From an uncultured Pelagibacteraceae bacterium (GTDB taxonomy: Bacteria; Pseudomonadota; Alphaproteobacteria; Pelagibacterales; Pelagibacteraceae): 64,000 nt of DNA. The notes beneath the pieces were generated by a model. It made no database searches. It had not been told where the DNA came from and saw only the letters and a list, made by a program, of their open reading frames with translations. Shown here one piece after another: positions 12,207 to 22,355 of this stretch (position 1 is the first letter of the stretch; every line of letters starts with the position of its first letter). The stretch is from assembly GCA_902583355.1 (NCBI GenBank), contig CACHVP010000002.1, positions 24,094-88,093 of the forward strand, read 5' to 3'. A program made the position numbers and the translations under genes.

Positions 12207-13372
12207 TTACTTTTTAAAAATTGATACTTTGTCAGTATTTTCCCAAGAAAAAGTGCCATCTGTTCCGGGTTTTCTGCCAAAATGACCGTAGGCTGCTGTG
12301 CACTCGTAAATAGGTCGATTTAAGTTTAACATTTCTCTAATGCCCCTTGGGCTTAAGTCAAAGTTATCTTTAATCAAATTTTCTACATGCTTTTCTTTTT
12401 CAGAGTCACCGTCAAAAAGGTTAACATAAATAGACAATGGTTTTGACACTCCAATAGCATATGAAAGTTGTATTTCACATTTTTTTGAAATTTTAGAGGC
12501 AACTACATTTTTCGCAACATACCTTGCTGCGTAAGCAGCAGATCTGTCAACTTTACTTGGGTCCTTACCAGAAAATGCTCCACCACCATGACGTGCCGCT
12601 CCACCATAAGTATCAACTATAATTTTTCTTCCCGTCAAACCTGCATCACCATCTGGACCACCAATAATAAATTGGCCAGTTGGATTTACATAAAAATCTT
12701 CATCTTTAAGATCAGATAATAAATTTTTAGGAATTGCTTTATCTAAATACGGCCTGACAATTTCCTTTACTTGTTTTTGAGTAACGTCTGGTGAATGCTG
12801 GGTAGAAATTACTACTGCTGTAACTTTTACCGGTATTCCATTTTCATACATTAAAGTGACTTGGCTTTTTGAGTCAGGTTCCAGTTTATTTGCTTTTCCA
12901 TTTTTTCTATCTAATGCCATAAGTTCTAAAATTTTATGAGAGAAATAGATTGGCGCCGGCATTAAAACATCAGTTTCATCACAAGCATAACCAAACATAA
13001 TACCTTGATCACCTGCTCCTTCGTCTTTATTGCCCTTTGAATCAACGCCCATAGCTATATCAGATGACTGAGAGTGAAGATTTACGTCGATATTGCAATT
13101 CTTCCAGTGAAAACCTTTTTTGCTCATAACCTATATCTTTGATACAATTACGAACTTTTTCTGTTAGATCATTTTTTTTTTATTTCTGGTCCTCTTGTTT
13201 CTCCAGCTAAAACAACTTTGTTAGTAGTTGCTAGTGTTTCACATGCAACTCTTGAAAAAGGATCCTTTGAAATATATGTATCAACAACCATATCAGAAAT
13301 TCGATCACAAACTTTATCAGGATGTCCTTCTGATACTGATTCACTAGTAAAAAGATAGTTTTTAAAATTCAT
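12207..13372 (-). pseudogene. metK: S-adenosylmethionine synthetase interrupted by two +1 frameshifts
   Basis: [14 protein letters not shown]..., then TGA at 13171-13169. The middle segment [18 protein letters not shown] is in the next frame, and GFHWKNCN...[12 protein letters not shown]...[19 protein letters not shown] is in the third frame. The shifts sit in T10 (13172-13181) and T6 (13116-13121) runs on the plus strand. Confidence 0.85.
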
Positions 13373-14925
13373 TAAAGTTTAAATTTTCTTAATACAAAAA
13401 ATGTGAGAATATATGTAATTAAAAGAAACAAAAATATCAAATCTTTTTTAAATTGTTTTTTCGTTTCTTCAATTATTGGCAGTCTTAATTCTATATTTCC
13501 TATTTCATTTGGTTGTAAATTTTTTAAAATTTTTCCTTGTGGATTAATAAATGCACTAATTCCCTTATTTGCTGATCTTATAGTATATACACCCGACTCT
13601 ATTGATCTGAAAATAGCTTTAGCAAAATGCTGGTGGGGACCTATACTTTCTCCAAACCAAGCATCTTCTGAAATATTTATAATAAAATTGAATTTACTAT
13701 ACTCTTCTTCCAGACCTGGAAAAATTATTTCATAACAAATTAAACTTAAAAAATTAATATTTTTTCTATCAAAATCTATACTTATTAATGAATTTTTTTT
13801 ACCTTTTGAAAATGACGAGTAACCAGGTGTAATTTTTTTTAAGCCAATAGATTTTAAAAAACTCTCAAAAGGTAAAAATTCACCAAATGGTACTAATTTT
13901 CTTTTATCATACTGAGATATAAAGTTTAAATTTTTGTCAGAAAAAATCATGCTGTTAAAATACTTTTTTTTAAAAGGACCCTCCTGAGACGTATTTGCAC
14001 CAAATATTATTAGATGATTTTGAGAAAAGTTATTTGTAAACAATTCTTGTATATCTTTTTTTTTATTAAAGTTTTCTGATAAAAAAATACCTTCTGGCCA
14101 AATAAAAATTGTCTTTTTATTTTTGTCAGGTTCACTATACTTTATTAATTTAGATGCAGTCTTTATATCATCTTTAAATTCATTCAAATTCATCCCAGCT
14201 GATATAATTTTAAAATTTATTCCATTTAAATTGGAATTGCTTTCATAAGAGTTAATTTTATATGACCCATAAAAATAATTCGAAAAAATTAAAATTAAAA
14301 AAAAGGTTAGAATATAATATTTATAATTATTCTTGAAAAATAATACAGCAGGCATAAAAAAAATTGTAATAACTAATATGTTGAGAGAAAAGAAGCCGAT
14401 TTTATATAAGATTTGTAAATTTTCTAATGACCAAGAAAAACTATAACTCCAAATATTCCAGGGAAAACCTGTAAGAATTTTGCTTCTTACAAAATCAGAA
14501 AGTGAAAAAACTGAACTCAATAAAAATATTGAGGATAAATTTTTTTCACAAAAGTTACCTACAAGAACTATTGGCAAGGAAAAGAATAAAGATAAGAATA
14601 AAGGAATTAGGATTAGACTAAATGGTATTAGAAATTTAAAAGTTTCATCAAACGTTAAAGAATGTGCAATCCAATAAATGCCAAAGAAGAAGAAACCAAA
14701 ACCATAAGATGTACCTAAAATAAATAAATTTTTTAAAAAGGGTTTTTTTATATAAATGCTCTTTGATTTTTTTTTTACATAAATAATTGTAAAAAATAAC
14801 AAAGGAAGCGATAAAAAATTAATAAAAAAAAGATTGTATGGTTGAAAACTGAGAACTGTAATACCTCCCAAAAGAATTGGAAATAAAAAAATTATAAAAA
14901 ATCTTTTATTGAAAAAACTTAACAT
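13372..14925 (-). CDS. lnt: apolipoprotein N-acyltransferase
   Basis: 517 aa. Multiple N-terminal TM segments, then a CN-hydrolase domain ([14 protein letters not shown] catalytic Cys). Position after ybeY matches E. coli. Confidence 0.85.
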   Translation of the reverse strand: MLSFFNKRFFIIFLFPILLGGITVLSFQPYNLFFINFLSLPLLFFTIIYVKKKSKSIYIKKPFLKNLFILGTSYGFGFFFFGIYWIAHSLTFDETFKFLIPFSLILIPLFLSLFFSLPIVLVGNFCEKNLSSIFLLSSVFSLSDFVRSKILTGFPWNIWSYSFSWSLENLQILYKIGFFSLNILVITIFFMPAVLFFKNNYKYYILTFFLILIFSNYFYGSYKINSYESNSNLNGINFKIISAGMNLNEFKDDIKTASKLIKYSEPDKNKKTIFIWPEGIFLSENFNKKKDIQELFTNNFSQNHLIIFGANTSQEGPFKKKYFNSMIFSDKNLNFISQYDKRKLVPFGEFLPFESFLKSIGLKKITPGYSSFSKGKKNSLISIDFDRKNINFLSLICYEIIFPGLEEEYSKFNFIINISEDAWFGESIGPHQHFAKAIFRSIESGVYTIRSANKGISAFINPQGKILKNLQPNEIGNIELRLPIIEETKKQFKKDLIFLFLLITYILTFFVLRKFKL

Positions 14926-15377
14926 TAATTATTCTCTATTTTAGTAAGTATTTTTTTTTCAAGTTTGCGCATTTTATAATAATCATTATTTTTGTAATGC
15001 TTGTAGCCCAAAAGATGGAGAAAGCCATGTATCCAAAGTTTATCAAACTCTTTTTTAAAATTTTTTTTATCTATTTTGTAAAAATTCAAAATTAAATCAC
15101 CCAAATAAATATCTTTTTTTTTTATTTTTTTTAAATTTAAGTTTTTATAATTGGGAAATGATAAAACATCGGTTATTTTATCTTTTTTTCTAAATTTTTT
15201 ATTTAATCTTTTTATTTCATTGCTTCCTGCCAATAAAATAGAAAAATTTATTTTATTATTTTTAATAAACTGAATGGAGTTATTGATATATTTTAATCTG
15301 CTTTTAAGGTGTCTTTTAGGATTGGATATGTATTTTCTCCAATTTCTATCTTTGACAAAAACATCAATTTTTATCAT
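14925..15377 (-). CDS. ybeY: rRNA maturation endoribonuclease YbeY
   Basis: Zinc-binding motif HGFLHLLGYKH. 150 aa. Confidence 0.85.
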   Translation of the reverse strand: MIKIDVFVKDRNWRKYISNPKRHLKSRLKYINNSIQFIKNNKINFSILLAGSNEIKRLNKKFRKKDKITDVLSFPNYKNLNLKKIKKKDIYLGDLILNFYKIDKKNFKKEFDKLWIHGFLHLLGYKHYKNNDYYKMRKLEKKILTKIENN

Positions 15378-16380
15378 CAGTTTTTTGTTGATAGGCTTGA
15401 ATGATTTTTGATACTAATGGATGCCTTACAACATCTGCATGATCTAATTCAATACATTTGATTTCTTTCACATTCTTTAAAATTTTTGTTGATTGAATTA
15501 AACCAGAATGGTTTTTATTCATTAAATCGATTTGCGATGGGTCTCCATTTACAACTATTTTTGAATTTTCTCCAATTCTTGTTAAAAACATTTTAATTTG
15601 TGTTAATGAAGCATTTTGTGCCTCATCTAAAATTGCAAAGGAATTTTTTAAAGTTCTTCCTCTCATAAAGGCAAGTGGGGCAATTTCTATTTCCCCAGAC
15701 TCGATTTTCCTTTGAACTTTTTCATATCCAAATAAATCATATAGCGCGTCATAAAGTGGTCTTAAGTAAGGATCGACCTTTTCTTTCATGTCACCTGGTA
15801 AAAAACCTAACCTCTCACCAGCTTCAACAGCTGGACGAGATAAAATTACTTTTTCTACTTTTTTTTCCATCAACATATTAACAGCTACAGAAACTGCTAA
15901 ATAACTTTTGCCAGTTCCTGCAGGACCCAAGGAGATGACGATATCCTCATTTAATAAAGCTTTTAAATACTTTGATTGTTTTTCAGATTTCGGAATTACG
16001 GATCTCCTTGGAGTTTTTATTACTTGATCTAATGACCTAATATTATTTTTATTTTTTCCAGTTCTTTCCAAATCATCACCCTTTTTTACAGAGTAATTTA
16101 TATCATTATCCTCTATGGAGCCAGTAACAAGAAATTTATTCACTAAAAAAATTAATGAGTTAGAAACTGTCAAAATTGAATCTTTTTGGCCCTTGACTGT
16201 AATAGAATTGCCTCTAAAGAAAATCTTAGTTTCTGTGAGCTTTTCAATTTTGATAAGGTTCTTATTAAATTCACCAACTATTTCAGCTAAAATATCATTA
16301 TTAAAAATTTTTATATTTGAGGTAGTGCTATCAATTTTTTTTATTGAAATTTCTTTATTTAAATTTTTTGCTTCTAACAT
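15364..16380 (-). CDS. ybeZ: PhoH-like ATPase
   Basis: GPAGTGKSYLA Walker A, ILDEAQN, with an N-terminal KH-like extension. Confidence 0.88.
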   Translation of the reverse strand: MLEAKNLNKEISIKKIDSTTSNIKIFNNDILAEIVGEFNKNLIKIEKLTETKIFFRGNSITVKGQKDSILTVSNSLIFLVNKFLVTGSIEDNDINYSVKKGDDLERTGKNKNNIRSLDQVIKTPRRSVIPKSEKQSKYLKALLNEDIVISLGPAGTGKSYLAVSVAVNMLMEKKVEKVILSRPAVEAGERLGFLPGDMKEKVDPYLRPLYDALYDLFGYEKVQRKIESGEIEIAPLAFMRGRTLKNSFAILDEAQNASLTQIKMFLTRIGENSKIVVNGDPSQIDLMNKNHSGLIQSTKILKNVKEIKCIELDHADVVRHPLVSKIIQAYQQKTDDKN

Positions 16381-17723
16381 TAAGCTGCCGCTTCGCTTTC
16401 CACAATCTTTTTTCTCCCAAACAACGAGTTTTGATTACATTCTTCTATTTTAACATCTAAAATTTTTCCAATATCAGAGTCCTTTGATTGGCTTAAAATA
16501 ACTGGAGTTAAATCTCTGGTACGTCCAAAATGTTGATTCCTATTTTTCATTCTATTTTCAACTAAAACCTCTTTAATTTTTCCAATCTCTTTTTTATTTT
16601 TATTCATTTGAATTTTGCGAAGCAAATTTTGTAAAACTACTAATCTTTTTTTTTGAATTTCTTTATCAATCATTGCTAGATTCGATGCAGGAGTGCCAGG
16701 TCTCGTGCTGTATATAAAAGAGTATGAGTTGATAAAATTAACCTTTTTTATTAATGAGATAGTTTCATTAAAATCTTTTTCCGTTTCCCCAGGATATCCA
16801 ACTATGAAGTCACTTGAGAACTTAATTTCCGGATTTATTTTTAATAATTTATTAATTGTACTTAAATATTCAGCACTAGTATGTTTTCTATTCATGCTAT
16901 TTAAAATTCTATCAGAGCCACTTTGAACTGGTAGATGTAAAAAAGGCATCAATTTGTTTGAATTTTTATAACACTGTATTAAATCTTGCGTCATATCTTT
17001 TGGGTGGGATGTGGTGTACCTTATTCTTTTTAATTCCTCTATTTTTGAAAGTCTATTAATTAAGTTAGATAATCTAATTTCTTTTTTTGCATCTATAAAC
17101 TTATATGCGTTCACATTTTGACCTAGTAAAGTTATTTCTCTCGCTCCATTTTTAACTAAATCATTTGCTTCTAAAATTATATCTTTTGGTGATCGTGAGT
17201 ATTCTGCTCCTCTCGTATAAGGTACTACACAAAAGTTACAAAATTTATCACAGCCTTCCTGGATTGTTATAAATGCTGAGACATTTGAATTTGAATTTTT
17301 AACAAGATTTAATTTGTCAAATTTTTCGATTACGTCAAAATCTGTTAGGTTAAATTTTTTAGTATTTTTATCCAAGTTTTTTAAAATTTTTGGAATATCA
17401 TGATAAGATTGGGGACCAATAACTGCATCAATATAAGGCTCCCTTTTTAACATTTCTTCGTTTTCTGCTTGAGCAACACATCCAGTTACAAGAACAATAG
17501 GTTTAGATTTATTTCTATAATTTTTTTTAAGTCTTCCAATATCTGAATATACTTTTTCGGTAGATTTTTCTCTTATATGGCATGTATTTAAAACATAAAA
17601 ATTTGTATCTTGAATATTTAAACTTTGTAAATATCCACTTGATTTAAATAAATCAGCAATTCTATTACTGTCATATTCGTTCATTTGACAGCCAAAGGTT
17701 TTAATGAAAAATTTTTTAGACAA
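16380..17723 (-). CDS. miaB: tRNA-i6A37 methylthiotransferase
   Basis: FGCQMNEYDS, radical-SAM CDKFCNFCVVP, and a C-terminal TRAM-like region. Confidence 0.92.
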   Translation of the reverse strand: MSKKFFIKTFGCQMNEYDSNRIADLFKSSGYLQSLNIQDTNFYVLNTCHIREKSTEKVYSDIGRLKKNYRNKSKPIVLVTGCVAQAENEEMLKREPYIDAVIGPQSYHDIPKILKNLDKNTKKFNLTDFDVIEKFDKLNLVKNSNSNVSAFITIQEGCDKFCNFCVVPYTRGAEYSRSPKDIILEANDLVKNGAREITLLGQNVNAYKFIDAKKEIRLSNLINRLSKIEELKRIRYTTSHPKDMTQDLIQCYKNSNKLMPFLHLPVQSGSDRILNSMNRKHTSAEYLSTINKLLKINPEIKFSSDFIVGYPGETEKDFNETISLIKKVNFINSYSFIYSTRPGTPASNLAMIDKEIQKKRLVVLQNLLRKIQMNKNKKEIGKIKEVLVENRMKNRNQHFGRTRDLTPVILSQSKDSDIGKILDVKIEECNQNSLFGRKKIVESEAAA

Positions 17724-17727
17724 ATTA

Positions 17728-18156
17728 TTAATTCTTTTTATTTTTTGTTCCGTATAATTCTAATTTATGATCTACTAATTTATATCCTAATTTTTCAGCG
17801 ATTTTTTTTTGAAGATCTTCAACATCTTTATCAATAAATTCTACTATTTCTCCAGTGTTTATATCAATCAAATGATTGTGGTGTTCGTCGGTAGTCGGTT
17901 CATATCTGGACTTTCCCTCCTTGAAGTCATGACGGATTAAAATTCCGGACTCCTCAAACAATTTAATGGTTCTGTAAACTGTTGCTATACTAATTTTTTT
18001 ATCAATTACAGTTGCTCTCTTATGTAGTTCGTCTACGTCAGGATGATCCTTCGATCCATAAGTTTCTTTTGAATCTGATATTACTTTTGCAATAATTTTT
18101 CTTTGATCAGTTAGCCTGACACCTTTTTGTTTACATTTTTCTTCAATTTTACTCAT
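17728..18156 (-). CDS. fur: Fur-family metalloregulator (Fur/Mur type)
   Basis: LTDQRKIIAKVI, ISIATVYRTIKLF, HHNHLID. There are no CxxC pairs. Confidence 0.78.
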   Translation of the reverse strand: MSKIEEKCKQKGVRLTDQRKIIAKVISDSKETYGSKDHPDVDELHKRATVIDKKISIATVYRTIKLFEESGILIRHDFKEGKSRYEPTTDEHHNHLIDINTGEIVEFIDKDVEDLQKKIAEKLGYKLVDHKLELYGTKNKKN

Positions 18157-18169
18157 AAGATAAGTTAAT

Positions 18170-18607
18170 TTAACTTAAATATAGTGGTTTAATCAAATTA
18201 TTTTCTATTAAGTTTTTTTTAAACAATAATTCTATATTTTTGAGGTCGAATTTAGGTAAATCTGAACCCTGATAACCATATATTTTAACTCCTCGAGCTA
18301 ATTTCATTCCTTTTGCAATCGCTAGAGATATTCTTACACCCGAAAAACTCCCGGGTCCGATATTAACTATCACAGAAAATTGACCATTAATAATAGCCTT
18401 TTTCTTTGAGGTAAAATTAAAAATATTATTCACAATAAGTGAATTATTTTTTAAATTCATTTGAAGTTTTTTAATAAAAAAATTATTATTTACTCTTAAA
18501 CCAATAGAGTCATTTTTGCCTGTGAAATTTATTATTAAAAAATCTTTAATCACCTGTATACTTATAATTTTTTTGATTATAACAAACAATTCCTTTTCTT
18601 CAGTCAA
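18170..18607 (-). CDS. tsaB: TsaB/YeaZ-like t6A protein, strongly shortened
   Basis: The GPGSFSGVRISLAIAKG motif is present but only about 60 aa follow it. The start is uncertain: GTG 18553 gives VIKDFLIINF..., and the annotated 5' end overlaps the divergent neighbour. Confidence 0.55.
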   Translation of the reverse strand: MTEEKELFVIIKKIISIQVIKDFLIINFTGKNDSIGLRVNNNFFIKKLQMNLKNNSLIVNNIFNFTSKKKAIINGQFSVIVNIGPGSFSGVRISLAIAKGMKLARGVKIYGYQGSDLPKFDLKNIELLFKKNLIENNLIKPLYLS

Positions 18608-19571
18608 TACTATTGAAGATAACGGGATTATATCTATAATGTACCATCGATTTGATGAAAATAAGTATCCTTCAACAAATATAAAAATAGAAGATTTTAA
18701 ATCTCATATAAATTTAATAAAAGAGTCAGGCTTTAGAATGATTTCATTTCAAGAATTTAAAAACTCTATAAAACAAAATAATTCTGATAAAAAAGTTTTA
18801 CTTACAATTGATGATGGATTTTCTTCGTTTTATAAAAAAGCATGGCCAATTTTAAAAAAGGATAAAATTCCTTTTATTATTTTCATAAATACAGAGACAG
18901 TTGGTGCTAGTGGCTATATGAATTGGTCTGAAATAAAAGAAATTTCAAAATATGATTTTGTGTATATTGGTAACCATAGTCACTCGCATGGCTACCTTGT
19001 AGATAAATCAGATGAAAATTTTAGAAAAGATATCAAAGAAGCTAAAAGAATTTTAAAAGAAAAATTAAACTATGATACAAAAATTTTTGCTTATCCCTTT
19101 GGAGAATATCGAGAGTCGTTTAAAGGAATTTTAAGTGATCTTGGTTTTATATATGCTTTTGGCCAACATTCAGGTGTAATGGATAAAACTAAAAATAAAT
19201 ATGAATTACCAAGATTTCCAATTAATGAGAAGTATGGAGAAATAAAAAGATTTAAAAGACTTTTAAAAACAATTCCTTTTCCATATAAAAAAATTACTCC
19301 GTTAGAAAAGTATATTAAAGAAAATAATAATCCTCCAGAAGTGAATATTTATTTTTTTGAAAATGGTCTTAATATTGAAAATATAAATTGTTACTCAAAT
19401 GAACAGGATAGATGGAGAAAATCGAAATTACATTTTCATAAAAAAAACCAATTAAAAATAATTTTAGATGGAAAGTTTACAACAGAAAGGGGCAGAATTA
19501 ATTGCTCTTTGTGGGAAGAAGGCGGGTATTGGCGTTGGCTTGGAATACAGTTTGTAATAGCTGATCTTTAA
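18516..19571 (+). CDS. polysaccharide deacetylase (NodB homology) family protein
   Basis: MYHRF, LLTIDDGF and GNHSHSH motifs, with a signal-like N-terminus. The TTG start is uncertain. Confidence 0.72.
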   Translation: MPVKFIIKKSLITCILIIFLIITNNSFSSVNTIEDNGIISIMYHRFDENKYPSTNIKIEDFKSHINLIKESGFRMISFQEFKNSIKQNNSDKKVLLTIDDGFSSFYKKAWPILKKDKIPFIIFINTETVGASGYMNWSEIKEISKYDFVYIGNHSHSHGYLVDKSDENFRKDIKEAKRILKEKLNYDTKIFAYPFGEYRESFKGILSDLGFIYAFGQHSGVMDKTKNKYELPRFPINEKYGEIKRFKRLLKTIPFPYKKITPLEKYIKENNNPPEVNIYFFENGLNIENINCYSNEQDRWRKSKLHFHKKNQLKIILDGKFTTERGRINCSLWEEGGYWRWLGIQFVIADL

Positions 19572-19574
19572 AAT

Positions 19575-20765
19575 TTATAAAGTTAAATAACCTGATCTCT
19601 CAGAGTTCATCAAAACTGAATTGTCAAAATCTGTTAAATCATTTTGCGTTATAATTTTCCTTAAAATTTTTACATATTCTGAACCTGTCTCCGCATAATT
19701 ATACAAATATTTTACTAGATCTAATCCAGAAATATTTTTATTAGTTTTTCTTAAGTCAGCTCTTTGATTTCTAAATTCTCTATAACCTCTGTGAGTATTT
19801 AAATTTCTCATATATGCTTTAACTGATGATTGTAGCATAGGAAATCTAAGAATTTTGTGTTCCTGATTACTATCTTTGTTTGTTGGCTCAATGCCATCCT
19901 TATCCCAAGTCCATTGTCCATACATTGCGTTTCCCTCTAAAGCAAATCTTGAAGTACCCCAACCGCTTTCTTTAGCTGCCTGTGCAATTGCAATTGAAGT
20001 TGGAACAATATCCATTCGTAATTTAAGCTCAGCTATATCCTCTTTTTCTATTTGGTATTCTTTAAATCTTCTTTTTAACCAAACTTTTTCACCCATCGTA
20101 TTCGACTGTTTTGCTAAAATTTTAAACAATTTTTTTCTGTTTTCTAATATGTTGTTATTTTCACTTAAAATTAAAGGCATTATAATTTTTATAAAAGTAT
20201 CCTTTTTTTTCTGAGTACTTTTCATTTTTTTAAGGTCTTTTGGCAGTTTCCTTAAGTAAACAGGTTTGACTGCTTGGCCTAATCTTATGTTTTTTAAATC
20301 GTATTCTAAATTTTCAAATATTTTTAAAGTTAATTTAGTATCTAAACTTATATAATCTTGGCTATCTTTGTCTTTTTCAGAAGATTTGGGTGAGGCTTTT
20401 GTTTGGGTATCAAAAGAATTTTTTTTGAAATTCGATTTATACTCTTTAGCCACATATGTAAATTTTATATCGCTTGTAAATGATTTTATAAATGGTCTAA
20501 CCGATATAATACTTACCATAAAAGCAATTAGACAAAGTGTTATCAAAATATTTGTAGTAACTTGTTCTTTGAATTTAATTTCAGCAATTTTCTTTTTGTT
20601 ATAACTTTGTTCAGGCAATCTTATTTTATTTTTTAATAAAATTAACTCAAGTTGAGATGTCGTAAGTTGTTTTTTAGATTTAGCGTAAACTTTGATTTCA
20701 TCTATTTTGTACAGCTTTGCTAACTGAAACAATTGATCTATGTAAGGTATTTGTTTTCCCTTCAT
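19575..20765 (-). CDS. glucosaminidase-domain (Bax/FlgJ-like) membrane-anchored protein
   Basis: AQAAKESGWGTSRFALEGNAMYGQWTW and one TM segment near residue 75. Confidence 0.65.
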   Translation of the reverse strand: MKGKQIPYIDQLFQLAKLYKIDEIKVYAKSKKQLTTSQLELILLKNKIRLPEQSYNKKKIAEIKFKEQVTTNILITLCLIAFMVSIISVRPFIKSFTSDIKFTYVAKEYKSNFKKNSFDTQTKASPKSSEKDKDSQDYISLDTKLTLKIFENLEYDLKNIRLGQAVKPVYLRKLPKDLKKMKSTQKKKDTFIKIIMPLILSENNNILENRKKLFKILAKQSNTMGEKVWLKRRFKEYQIEKEDIAELKLRMDIVPTSIAIAQAAKESGWGTSRFALEGNAMYGQWTWDKDGIEPTNKDSNQEHKILRFPMLQSSVKAYMRNLNTHRGYREFRNQRADLRKTNKNISGLDLVKYLYNYAETGSEYVKILRKIITQNDLTDFDNSVLMNSERSGYLTL

Positions 20766-20769
20766 ATAA

Positions 20770-21318
20770 TTATATAGCTTCTACATTTTTTACTTCTTTA
20801 ACGTAGTGACGCAAAAGATTTTGTACACCATTTTTCAAAGTCATCATAGAACTTGGGCATCCTGAACAACTTCCACGTAGTTCTAATTTAACAGTGCCAT
20901 CTTTGAAAGAGACAAATTTAATATCTCCCCCATCTTTTGCAACGGCAGGTCTAATTTTGTTATCAAGTACTTCTTTGATTTCTTTAACTGTATTATTTTC
21001 TTCCTCTTGTTTTATAGGTTCTTCCTGTTTTTGTGTTAAAACTGGTTTTTCATTTTTTTCAAAATAATCATTTATTGAAGATATAATAGATGGTTTCAAA
21101 ATATCCCATTTTACATTTTCAGATTTTTTAACACTTATGAAATTTTCTGAAACTAATACTAATTCAACTCCTTCAAAATTAAGCAAATTCTTAATAAAAA
21201 TATTTTTTATTTCTTTAATATCTTTTTTTTGAAATTCTTTGACACCAATATCAGAAAATCTTTGATTAGAAGTAAACTTCAGTGCATTAGGATTTGGTGT
21301 ATTTTCAGTTTGTATCAT
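20770..21318 (-). CDS. NifU/Nfu-type Fe-S cluster scaffold protein
   Basis: Nfu_N-like TENTPNPNALKF and a C-terminal CSGCPSS. Confidence 0.85.
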   Translation of the reverse strand: MIQTENTPNPNALKFTSNQRFSDIGVKEFQKKDIKEIKNIFIKNLLNFEGVELVLVSENFISVKKSENVKWDILKPSIISSINDYFEKNEKPVLTQKQEEPIKQEEENNTVKEIKEVLDNKIRPAVAKDGGDIKFVSFKDGTVKLELRGSCSGCPSSMMTLKNGVQNLLRHYVKEVKNVEAI

Positions 21319-21344
21319 TTTTAAATTTTACCATAGAAAAATTG

Positions 21345-22355
21345 TTAAATAAATCCCACAATTTCTTTTACCTTGCTTAAATTTTCATCTGCTATTTCCT
21401 TGGCTTTATTAGAGCCATCTTTGAGAATACTTTGCAATAAAACCTTATCACTATTTAATTCTTTTATTTTTTTTCCTATAGGACAAATAGTATCAATCAA
21501 TATTTCCGAAAGTTTCTCTTTAAATTTTGAAAAATCCTTTCCGGCCATTTCCTCTAAAGTTGTTTTTAAATTAGTATTTTTTAAGGAAGAGTAGATGCTT
21601 AACAAATTAATTGCTTCGGGTCTCTCTTTTAAATGTTCAATTTTATCTGGTATTGGCAAAGAGTCTGTTTTTGCTTTTTTAATTTTTTTAATTATTTCAT
21701 CTGAGTTATCGCTTAAATTAATTCTAGAGTAATCTGACTCCTCAGATTTGCTCATCTTCTTTTTACCATCCCTTAAACTCATTACTCTTGAAAAATTTTT
21801 TTGAATTAATGGTTCAGGTATTGGAAAAAAGTCTTTACATTTAAAATCATTGTTAAATTTTTGCGCTATATCTCTTGATAACTCTAAGTGTTGCTTTTGA
21901 TCGTCGCCAACAGGAACATGGGTAGCCTTGTACAAAAGTATATCTGCAGCCATAAGATTTGGGTAAACATACAGGCCTACGCTAGCATTCTCTTTATTAG
22001 TGCCCGCTTTCTCCTTAAACTGGGTCATTCGATTCATCCAACCAACCCTTGATACACAATTCAAAATCCAGGCTAATTCGGCATGACCACTAACCGAAGA
22101 TTGATTAAAAATAATATTTTTTTTAAAATCTAAACCACATGCTATAAAGGCTGCAACTGTTTCCAAAGTATTATTTTTTAAAATTTTTGGTTCTTGAAAA
22201 ACTGTTATTGCGTGAAGATCAACAACACAATAAATACAATTCTTTTTTTTTTGTAAAGCAACAAAATTTTTTATTGCTCCTAAATAATTTCCAAGATGCA
22301 TATTTCCTGTTGGTTGAACACCTGAAAATACTATTTCTTTATGGCTTTTACTCAT
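21345..22355 (-). CDS. trpS: tryptophanyl-tRNA synthetase
   Basis: [15 protein letters not shown] (HIGH-type), KMSKS, GDDQKQH. Confidence 0.93.
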   Translation of the reverse strand: MSKSHKEIVFSGVQPTGNMHLGNYLGAIKNFVALQKKKNCIYCVVDLHAITVFQEPKILKNNTLETVAAFIACGLDFKKNIIFNQSSVSGHAELAWILNCVSRVGWMNRMTQFKEKAGTNKENASVGLYVYPNLMAADILLYKATHVPVGDDQKQHLELSRDIAQKFNNDFKCKDFFPIPEPLIQKNFSRVMSLRDGKKKMSKSEESDYSRINLSDNSDEIIKKIKKAKTDSLPIPDKIEHLKERPEAINLLSIYSSLKNTNLKTTLEEMAGKDFSKFKEKLSEILIDTICPIGKKIKELNSDKVLLQSILKDGSNKAKEIADENLSKVKEIVGFI

